Source of the DNA: an uncultured delta proteobacterium
GTDB taxonomy: Bacteria > Desulfobacterota > Desulfuromonadia > Geobacterales > DSM-12255
DNA: 64,000 nt
Direction of reading: 5' to 3'
Assembly: GCA_963787125.1 (NCBI GenBank)
Contig: CAWBBV010000001.1
Span: forward strand, 224,001-288,000
Shown: in pieces, positions 56,544 through 64,000 of the stretch
Numbering within the stretch: the first letter of the stretch is position 1
Layout of the letters: the number at the start of each line of letters is the position of its first letter
The notes under the pieces: generated by a model
Seen by the model: the letters and a program-made list of their open reading frames with translations, nothing else
Told to the model about the DNA's origin: nothing
Databases searched by the model: none
Translations under genes and position numbers: made by a program

Positions 56544-57968
56544 TTACATAGCTTTCTTGTTATCGCCTGATATCACCGGCATGGCACCGCCAATCGCCTG
56601 GTACAGATTCATACAATTCTTGAGCCTGCTCAGCTTAATTACAGCAAGTGCCCTTTCGGCATCACGACGGCTCTCCTGGGCATCGAGCCACGACTGCAAG
56701 GCAGTTGAGCCTGCACGATAGCGAACCTCAACCAACTCCTCGGCCTTCTTTGCCAATGCCAATGATTCTTCCAGTTGTTTATGCTCCTCTTCGTAGTGAA
56801 TACGAGCGGATAAGGCATTTTCTACATCGCTGAGCGCAGAGTAAAGTGTCTGCCGGAAATTGACAACCGCTTCCTCGTACTCAGTCTTGGAAATCTCCAC
56901 ATTCAGCTTCATGGTATTCCACTGGATGAATGGTAGCGTCAAACCTGCTCCAAGGATGGCATACGGGTTTTTAAGCACTTCTGTCAGACTGGTGCTACTC
57001 GTTCCCAGAGTACCGGTAAGTGAGAAAGATGGATAGTAACTGGCACGAGTGCTATCGACGTTCGCCAGATATTTCTTAAGCCTCTGTTCCGCTGCCTGCA
57101 AATCGGGCCGCTGTCCTAGAATACTTGCTGGTACACCCGCATCAACTGTCGGGAGTGGTCCGTCTGGTAACGTTTTAAGGTCTGGCACATTGTTTTCCGG
57201 TGCCTGATTAAACAGTATCGCCAAAGCGTTGTGTGCTTCTGTAAGCTGTTGCAAAAGCTGCGTCAGCTGTGCTCGCTGGGTAGCAAGCGTTTGTTGCGCC
57301 TGAATCTTATCTATAGCTGAAACTGAACCGGCAGTGTATTTCACTTCAACCAGTTCCAGAATCTTCTCCGCATAAGCAATACTTGCCTCAACAGTCGAAA
57401 TCCGTTCATTCAAATAAGCAATCTGCCAGTAATTTGTGGCGGTAGTACCAATCAACGCAAGTGCAGTGCTTTGTCTATCCGATTCAGTTGCCTCTGCTTC
57501 CCAGTAACTGACATCTCGTGCGCTGGCAAGCTTTCCCCAGAGGTCCAGTTCATAACTCACCGTACCGGTAGCACCACTTGACTTTGTGTCGGAATGCCTC
57601 TTCAAGTCGCGGTTGATACTGCTATTAGCGCCAACACTTACCGAAGGAGTCAAGTTAGTATCGGTCAAACTTGCACTAAGTTGGGCACGGCGCACCCTGA
57701 TAGTAGCGGCTGCCAGATTATTGTTGGTCTTGAGTGCTCGTTCAATCAGTTCATTCAGGGTTGAATCGTTAAAATCTCGCCACCACTGCTCTCCGCTTGC
57801 AACAGTTTTGCCGGTGACACGTTCTTCTTGCCACTGTTGCGGCAATGCCACCTCCGGTCGCGTGTACTGACTACGAGGGAGTAAGCCGCTACATCCGCTG
57901 AGCAAGAATATTGCTGTGAGCAAAAGGACAATCTGATTCAATTGGTAATGGATGAAATATCTTTTCAT
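56544..57968 (-). CDS. Outer-membrane efflux lipoprotein (TolC/NodT family)
   Basis: Lipobox LSGC. WW..FND..L..LI..AL..N, SYELDLWG, RPDL.AAE and LY.A.GG. Confidence 0.93.
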   Translation of the reverse strand: MKRYFIHYQLNQIVLLLTAIFLLSGCSGLLPRSQYTRPEVALPQQWQEERVTGKTVASGEQWWRDFNDSTLNELIERALKTNNNLAAATIRVRRAQLSASLTDTNLTPSVSVGANSSINRDLKRHSDTKSSGATGTVSYELDLWGKLASARDVSYWEAEATESDRQSTALALIGTTATNYWQIAYLNERISTVEASIAYAEKILELVEVKYTAGSVSAIDKIQAQQTLATQRAQLTQLLQQLTEAHNALAILFNQAPENNVPDLKTLPDGPLPTVDAGVPASILGQRPDLQAAEQRLKKYLANVDSTRASYYPSFSLTGTLGTSSTSLTEVLKNPYAILGAGLTLPFIQWNTMKLNVEISKTEYEEAVVNFRQTLYSALSDVENALSARIHYEEEHKQLEESLALAKKAEELVEVRYRAGSTALQSWLDAQESRRDAERALAVIKLSRLKNCMNLYQAIGGAMPVISGDNKKAM

Positions 57969-57975
57969 AGCTTTA

Positions 57976-59937
57976 TTACTCCCTTGCCAGCGCTTCGATA
58001 GGGTCAAGCTGTGCCGCATTACGAGCTGGCAAGAATCCGAATACAACCCCGATTACTGTCGAACAAAAGAAAGCGGAGACGATTGATACAATGGAAAACT
58101 TCATGGCGAAGCTTTTAACTAACAGTGAGAAGATTAGCCCAACTCCGTAGGAGAGAACGATACCAATCATTCCGCCAATCAGGCATACCATCACCGATTC
58201 AATCAGAAACTGCTGCATGATATCATCCTGCCGCGCTCCGACAGCCATCCTGATACCAATCTCGTGCGTCCGCTCGGTGACTGAAACCAGCATAATATTC
58301 ATAACACCTATACCACCGACCACCAGTGAAATTACCGCGATAGCCGAAATCATCAAAGTCAGAGTCGCGGTAGTTTTATTCACGGTTTTCATGATGCTGT
58401 CGCTGCTATTGGTGAAGAAGTCCTTGCGACCGTGCCGCTGTTTAAGCAGATTGATGATGCTTTGCTCCGCGACCTGATTCGATGTGCCTTCAGTGACTCT
58501 GACCGTTATGGAGTTAAAATACTGCTGCCCTAATAGTCTGCTCATGGCAGCGCTATACGGAATCCATACTTGCAGGTTCTGACTGTTACCGAAAGGGCCT
58601 TCCTTTTCCTTGGTTACCCCGATGATGCGACAGGGTAGCTCCCCAAGAAAGATGACCTTGCCTATCGGGTCTTCCTTGGCAAAAAACTTAGTGCTGGTGT
58701 TCTTATCTATTACCACTACTTGAGATTGCTGATTTACATCTCCCGCGTTGAATGCAGCACCTTGAGCAATTTCGTACCCCTTGACACGGAAGTATTGCTC
58801 ACCAACACCGCTGAGCGAAGCATTAGCCGTGACGTTACGGTAGCGGAGTAACTGACTGCCACCGACTGTCGGGGTAGCGCTATCAACGTAGACCTGACCT
58901 TTCAAAACCTCAAGGTCAGAGGGAATCAACGTCTGAATACTGGCAGCATCCTCATCGCCCCAATCCTTACCCGGATTGATATCAATGACATTTGTTCCCA
59001 TGGAACTGATATCGTTAATGACTTTCTGTCGTGCTCCTTGTCCCAGTGCTACCACCGAAACCACCGAAGTAATGCCGATGATTATTCCAAGCATGGTCAG
59101 CAGTGTCCGCATCCGATGAGAAGTCAAGGCTATCAGGGCTATCTTGAATGCCTCGGCAAAACGCCCCCAGTTAGCCTCAATAAAGGTGCCAGGCTTTTCT
59201 ACCGACCTCTTGTCCGGCAGACTCTGCACTCCCAAAGCCTGAACATCAGGGTTCGGTTGGTCCCTGAGAATCTTGCCATCGCTGATTTCAATAATCCGTT
59301 CGGCGTGGTTGGCTACCTGCATGTCATGGGTAACCAGAATGATGGTATGTCCACGAGCATGCAGTTCATGGAGAACACTCATCATCTCCTGACCACTTTT
59401 GCTGTCCAGTGCGCCGGTCGGCTCGTCCGCCAGGATTACGTCGCCACCGTTCATCAACGCACGGGCTATACTCACGCGCTGTTGCTGTCCGCCAGAAAGC
59501 TGGTTGGGGCGGTGAGCGAACTTATCTCCAAGACCAAGTCGGGTTAGTATCTCTTCTGCTCGTATTCGCCGCCTACTTTTATTCACCCCTGAATAGATTG
59601 CCGGTATTTCGGTATTCTGAGTGGCGGTCAAGTGCGGCATCAAATGATAGCGCTGAAAGATGAACCCGAAGTACTCACGCCGCAACCTAGCCAGTTCATC
59701 GCCTGATAGCTTACCGGTTTCCTGACCATCAACCCGGTAGCTTCCCGCACTAGGGCGGTCAAGACAACCAAGGATATTCATCAGGGTTGATTTTCCTGAA
59801 CCGGAAGCGCCAACAATCGCCACCATCTCGCCACGACCTATGGATAGGTCGATTCCTTTCAGTACAGGCATATCCTGTCCGCCTGTGACGAAACTACGAC
59901 CTATTCCTACAAGTTCAAGTAATGGTTTCTTCATCAT
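57976..59937 (-). CDS. macB: MacB ABC exporter
   Basis: ATPase ([15 protein letters not shown]) fused to a MacB/FtsX permease ([19 protein letters not shown]). Confidence 0.95.
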   Translation of the reverse strand: MMKKPLLELVGIGRSFVTGGQDMPVLKGIDLSIGRGEMVAIVGASGSGKSTLMNILGCLDRPSAGSYRVDGQETGKLSGDELARLRREYFGFIFQRYHLMPHLTATQNTEIPAIYSGVNKSRRRIRAEEILTRLGLGDKFAHRPNQLSGGQQQRVSIARALMNGGDVILADEPTGALDSKSGQEMMSVLHELHARGHTIILVTHDMQVANHAERIIEISDGKILRDQPNPDVQALGVQSLPDKRSVEKPGTFIEANWGRFAEAFKIALIALTSHRMRTLLTMLGIIIGITSVVSVVALGQGARQKVINDISSMGTNVIDINPGKDWGDEDAASIQTLIPSDLEVLKGQVYVDSATPTVGGSQLLRYRNVTANASLSGVGEQYFRVKGYEIAQGAAFNAGDVNQQSQVVVIDKNTSTKFFAKEDPIGKVIFLGELPCRIIGVTKEKEGPFGNSQNLQVWIPYSAAMSRLLGQQYFNSITVRVTEGTSNQVAEQSIINLLKQRHGRKDFFTNSSDSIMKTVNKTTATLTLMISAIAVISLVVGGIGVMNIMLVSVTERTHEIGIRMAVGARQDDIMQQFLIESVMVCLIGGMIGIVLSYGVGLIFSLLVKSFAMKFSIVSIVSAFFCSTVIGVVFGFLPARNAAQLDPIEALARE

Positions 59938-61127
59938 TAACGTTTTCCCGAAGGAGGATGCATGGTACTTGATTCAGTTTTTGGCAGCGTCGTGCTATCG
60001 CCAACCACCACTTTCTCACCTTCACGCAATCCTTCTACTACCTGCACCTGCACGTTATTGGAAATCCCGGTACGGATTGTCCGGGCTTCGGTTACATCAC
60101 CGACCAATACCTTTACCGTGTAACGCCCATCCTTCTGCTTGTCCCCCAGAGCCGATACAGGGATACAGAGCGCCTGTTTCGCCTGATTCAGAATAATGGC
60201 TACTTGAGTAGTCATGGATACTTTCAGTTTGTTGTCAGCATTGGGCACCTCAAACAGCCCATAGTAATAAACTGCCGCACTGGTGCTCGTACTGCTGCTG
60301 GTGCCGTTTGTCCCGCTCGTAACCGGTCCAGGCTCAATTGCTCGCAGCTTGCTGTAATAGCGAGTATCGCTATCGCCCAGCAGAGTGAAATAGGTCGGCA
60401 AACCGGGCTTAACGCGGGCAACATCTGCTTCGGAGATTTTAGCCTTAACGGTCATGGTGTCCAAATTAGCCAAGGTAATAATCGTTGTGGCAGATTGGGT
60501 GGATACCACGGTCTGACCTTCTTCTGTGTCAATTGATATGACAACACCATCAATCGGTGCATTAATTCGGGTATAGCCAAGATTTGCCCTAGAGGTGTCC
60601 ACAGCAATAACCGCCTTCTTTACCTGAGCTTCAAGGGCGGCTATGTCATGGCGCGTACTATCAAGTTGAGCCTGTGCGCTCTCCAGGTCCGCTTTGGAGG
60701 TCGCATCCTTAGCGTTCATCTGCTTTTGACGCTGCCAGGCCAATTCATACTGTTTCAACAGCGACTGCCTGGAAAGTTTCTGAGCACGCAAGTTTTCCAC
60801 CTGAGCTTCGGAATCCTTGAGTGCGTTCTGCTGGATTACCGGGTCTATCTCCGCCAGGAGCTGGCCTTTTTTAACCTTGTCCCCCAAGGCGACGTGCAGA
60901 GTCTTTAACTGCCCGGAAACCTGTGCTCCGACTGCAACCGTCTTGAACGCTTTCAATGTTCCGCTCGCCAGAACGCTCTCATCCAAATCCATCTTAATGA
61001 CATCGGCAGTAATGAAAGTGGCTTTGGGTTTACTGAAGAAGAACTTTTTCACTGACATTCCCGCCCCCAGCACGATTACGAGGAGAGTCGTCCCGATAAT
61101 TATCTTTCTTCTTGATAGAGTAATCAT
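59937..61127 (-). CDS. macA: MacA periplasmic adaptor
   Basis: VGAQVSGQLK.L.V, NLGYTRI.AP.DG and ISEADV motifs. Confidence 0.93.
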   Translation of the reverse strand: MITLSRRKIIIGTTLLVIVLGAGMSVKKFFFSKPKATFITADVIKMDLDESVLASGTLKAFKTVAVGAQVSGQLKTLHVALGDKVKKGQLLAEIDPVIQQNALKDSEAQVENLRAQKLSRQSLLKQYELAWQRQKQMNAKDATSKADLESAQAQLDSTRHDIAALEAQVKKAVIAVDTSRANLGYTRINAPIDGVVISIDTEEGQTVVSTQSATTIITLANLDTMTVKAKISEADVARVKPGLPTYFTLLGDSDTRYYSKLRAIEPGPVTSGTNGTSSSTSTSAAVYYYGLFEVPNADNKLKVSMTTQVAIILNQAKQALCIPVSALGDKQKDGRYTVKVLVGDVTEARTIRTGISNNVQVQVVEGLREGEKVVVGDSTTLPKTESSTMHPPSGKR

Positions 61128-61765
61128 GATTCCAGTCCATTGCTGCGAATGGCACTAAGTCCAGCCAAGGCAAATTTTATTACATGGTCGGCATAGACAT
61201 CGAGGTCATCAATCAAGAATGGGACTTTGTCGCTTGTTTCTCTCTGATGGACTCTTTGCAGCAGAAGTGGGTGGACACACATACTCATGATGCAGGTTTC
61301 ACATAAGGCAATTTGCTGATTGGTGGCACCGGCCCCCAAAAGTTCCCGTACAATTGCGAGAGTTTTTTCGCGTAGCGGGTTAATCTCCGACAGCATGACT
61401 TCTTCCAAAAGCCCGGTTGGGTTAACGAGTTCCATCTGAGTGATGAGAAAATCCCTGTTGTTTTCGTCGGCAATCCGTTCAATTAGTGCCTTTAGCTGAC
61501 CTCGCAAACGTTCTTCAGCCGGTGCACTCTCGCTTACACCCCCATCCTGCGGGTGTTTTTTTATTGAACCAGCAAAGGAGTAACGCCATGCATCCTGATA
61601 AAGAGCTTCTTTACTGCCAAAGTAATAATTCACTGCGGCAATATTGGCACTGGCACTTGTGCATATCTCCGCCACTGTGGCATCACGGAACCCCTTCTTT
61701 GCAAATACTTCGCTTGCCGCGACCAGTAATTTTTCCTTGGTTATATCTGATTTTTTCCTGGACAT
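61124..61765 (-). CDS. TetR-family regulator (CecR/YbiH-like C-terminus)
   Basis: LL.AA.EVFA.KGF..ATV.EIC..A.AN.AAVNYYFGSKE.LY. Confidence 0.92.
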   Translation of the reverse strand: MSRKKSDITKEKLLVAASEVFAKKGFRDATVAEICTSASANIAAVNYYFGSKEALYQDAWRYSFAGSIKKHPQDGGVSESAPAEERLRGQLKALIERIADENNRDFLITQMELVNPTGLLEEVMLSEINPLREKTLAIVRELLGAGATNQQIALCETCIMSMCVHPLLLQRVHQRETSDKVPFLIDDLDVYADHVIKFALAGLSAIRSNGLES

Positions 61766-61792
61766 AGAGCCTCCCATGAAATAAAACGTTCG

Positions 61793-61812
61793 TTTCAAAT
61801 GTTAATTTGAAA
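61793..61812. promoter_or_regulatory. Probable TetR operator
   Basis: Perfect palindrome TTTCAAAT-GTTA-ATTTGAAA just upstream of the tetR gene. Confidence 0.7.
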
Positions 61813-62003
61813 TTTATATTTTATTTTGTCAAGCGAATTTGTCACAAAAAAGCCCCCGTTTCCGGAGGCTCGTTTCTCATACAAAATTGAGTTGGGTACT
61901 TTAGTTGCGCTGGTGACTTTCTTCTGAAAACTTTTGTAAACTAAAAAAGCCCATAACAACGTAGTGTTATGGGCTAAGTTTACACTTTTGATTTAGGGGT
62001 ACT

Positions 62004-62423
62004 CTAGAAGGGAATATCGTCATCCTGGTTGTAACTGACCGGATCATCATAAGATGCGGACGGCTCGCCGCCCTGTCTGCCACCGCCGCCACCTTTAGGG
62101 CTGAGCATCTGCATCCGCTCGCCGACAATCTCGGTCGTATAGCGGTCGCGCCCATCTTTATCCTGCCATTTGCGGGTCTGAAGGCGACCTTCAATAAAAA
62201 CGGTCTTCCCTTTGGAAAGATATTCCTTGGCAATCTCTGCCTGCCGTCCCCAGAGGACAATATTGTGCCACTCTGTCCGCTCCTCCATGTCACCGCTCTT
62301 GTTTTTGAATTTTTCCGTTGTTGCTATGGAAAAACTTGCCACGCCCTGACCTGAAGTTGTGTAACGGACTTCCGGATCTTTGCCGAGATTGCCTATCAGC
62401 ATGACCTTATTGAGACTTGCCAT
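62004..62423 (-). CDS. ssb: Single-stranded DNA-binding protein
   Basis: SLNKV.LIGNLG.DPE, TEWH and C-terminal DDDIPF. Confidence 0.98.
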   Translation of the reverse strand: MASLNKVMLIGNLGKDPEVRYTTSGQGVASFSIATTEKFKNKSGDMEERTEWHNIVLWGRQAEIAKEYLSKGKTVFIEGRLQTRKWQDKDGRDRYTTEIVGERMQMLSPKGGGGGRQGGEPSASYDDPVSYNQDDDIPF

Positions 62424-62701
62424 TTGTAAAAACTCCTTATTGTGGATTGCCTAAAGTTAGTGTCATTTGCCAAAAAATAATGTCACTTGAAAGGTTTGGA
62501 TGCGGGCTCTGATGCTACATCAAATTTGTTTTCTCACAAAGCAAATTTTATTGCAGATTTTTCCGGACAAGAAGCTAAGATACTGGCATGGAATCACCTG
62601 AAGGTTTAGATACAAGCACGCTGGATTACAATGCTACTATTCTGCATCGCTAGAGCTGACACACACTGACCGGTCAAAACCCACCATTCGGAGGGCTCGC
62701 T

Positions 62702-62830
62702 ATGGAACCTGCATTTACCGGCTTTTCACCCCACTCCCTGGCTTTTTTTGAAGGCCTGGCTGCCAACAACACCAAGGCCTGGTTCGAGGCTCACCGGAGT
62801 GACTACGAAGAGTACCTCTCGACACTCTGA
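62702..62830 (+). pseudogene. Truncated DUF2461-like gene (42-aa N-terminal fragment)
   Basis: GGAGG RBS. Reads MEPAFTGFSPHSLAFFEGLAANNTKAWFEAHRSDYEEYL then an early stop. Confidence 0.7.
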
Positions 62831-62846
62831 TATCAGGGAGGATTTC

Positions 62847-63458
62847 ATGACAAAACTGGACTTTAAGAAAACCTTGAAACAGCTGTATCAGCCTTCAGTT
62901 AAGGAAATTGTCAGCGTCGATGTCCCCAAAATGAACTTTCTCATGGTTGACGGTGCAGGAGATCCCAACACCTCGCAATCATTCAGTGACGCAATCGAAG
63001 CGCTCTATCCGGTTGCCTATACCCTGAAGTTCATGGTCAAAAAGGGGCCATTGGCGATTGACTACGGGGTGATGCCGCTTGAAGCCCTCTGGTGGGCCGA
63101 TGACCCGTCCGCCTTCACTTTGGGAAAAAAGGACGACTGGCAATGGACCGTCATGATCATGCAACCGGAGTTCATTACGAGTGAAATGGTTAAAGAAGCA
63201 GTGGCAGAAGTGGCAAATAAGAAAAAGCCCGTTTCCTTGCCGCTCTTAAGGTTTGAACCATTCAGTGAGGGAAAGTCCGCCCAAACGCTTCATATTGGCC
63301 ACTTTTCCGAGGAAGGGCCGACGATTGAGAAGGTGCACAAATTCATAGCAGACAGTGGCAGTCAGCTGGTCGGTAAACATCACGAAATTTACTTAAGTGA
63401 TTTGCGGCGGACGGCACCGGAAAAATGGAAAATTATTATCAGGCAACCGATGTCGTAA
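62847..63458 (+). CDS. GyrI-like small-molecule-binding protein
   Basis: K.D.KK..K.LY.P, G.GDPN, PLE.LWW and HHEIYLSD.R motifs. Confidence 0.9.
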   Translation: MTKLDFKKTLKQLYQPSVKEIVSVDVPKMNFLMVDGAGDPNTSQSFSDAIEALYPVAYTLKFMVKKGPLAIDYGVMPLEALWWADDPSAFTLGKKDDWQWTVMIMQPEFITSEMVKEAVAEVANKKKPVSLPLLRFEPFSEGKSAQTLHIGHFSEEGPTIEKVHKFIADSGSQLVGKHHEIYLSDLRRTAPEKWKIIIRQPMS

Positions 63459-63603
63459 TAATGGGTGCTTTTTGTGCTGCTTGGCTCAACCGCTCAAACC
63501 TGATTTTTACCAGGAGGCGAATTCATGCCGCTCTTGATCCGCAACGGTGTCAGGTTTGTCCTGCTCTCAGCTGATTACCTGTAACTCCAGTCACGGTGGA
63601 TTG

Positions 63604-64000
63604 ATGCCATTACCCACACTGCAAAAACAAAGAAACAGTGCCATTCCAGCCCTTACCGGGTGCGGTGTCGGCCTGCTGCTCTACGCCATATACGGCTGGT
63701 GGGGATTCTTTATCGTCTTTCCCGGCATCGGTCTGGCCATTTCCATCGGTATCCGAATCGACCGGGGGGTGCCCCGCACAACCAGGGGTCTTGGCCGACG
63801 AACAGCGCTGCTGTTGATTCTGCCGATCCTGCTGCTGTTTGTGCCGCTGGCAAACAACGAAAACCTGCAACTTGAAGGGATTGTCCTGCTCCTTTCCATC
63901 GGGTTTTTCAGTAAGGGCGTAGTTCATTACGCCGTTGCCAAGGTATTTGGCCCGCTGCTCTGGGGGCGTGGATTCTGCTCATGGGGGTGCTGGACTGCGG
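63604..64000 (+). CDS. Membrane 4Fe-4S-binding (NapH/MauN-like) protein, runs off right edge
   Basis: Open frame from ATG 63604 with TM helices and GPLLWGRGFCSWGCW. Not in the ORF track because there is no stop. Confidence 0.75.
   Translation, partial: MPLPTLQKQRNSAIPALTGCGVGLLLYAIYGWWGFFIVFPGIGLAISIGIRIDRGVPRTTRGLGRRTALLLILPILLLFVPLANNENLQLEGIVLLLSIGFFSKGVVHYAVAKVFGPLLWGRGFCSWGCWTA

Noticed and set aside
63525..63584. 19-codon ORF with strong AGGAGG RBS
   Set aside because: Too short to assign. It may be a gene remnant and has no supporting motif.

Overview
Two parts. (1) 1-~22,122 is the late-gene half and right end of a Mu-like (transposable) prophage with a non-contractile tail. It carries terminase, portal, MuF with a C-terminal BECR-type nuclease domain, gpG, protease/scaffold, capsid, neck genes, tail tube, a tail chaperone with a -1 frameshift site, a ~6.5 kb tape-measure gene broken by five single-base indels, a tail protein with an inserted Kelch propeller, an AT-rich fibre module and a terminus ending ...TTACA next to paired repeats. 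(2) ~22,123-64,000 is host chromosome, probably a Geobacter-like Desulfobacterota (inferred from protein style, not tested). It holds a sigma54 activator and a ~16 kb minus-strand Fil/Fap-like secretion locus (DUF6160-like paralogues, C39 peptidase, outer-membrane barrel, FadL/FilD-like channel) continuing into methyltransferase, GGDEF, lipase, GNAT, SCP2-GNAT and RaSEA-like radical SAM genes. Divergent from it is a FadR/OmpA-like/TRAP-TatT operon, followed by rhlE, a toxin-antitoxin pair with integron-cassette-like borders, a diheme cytochrome, ABC-F, cvfB, TetR-MacAB-TolC and ssb. The most notable signals are a cloverleaf RNA with its own antisense promoter in the position where the MuF nuclease's immunity gene would be expected, and a double-glycine-like leader shared by five secreted DUF6160-like proteins encoded near an intact C39 peptidase. 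All family calls are from motif recognition by eye; no searches were run.
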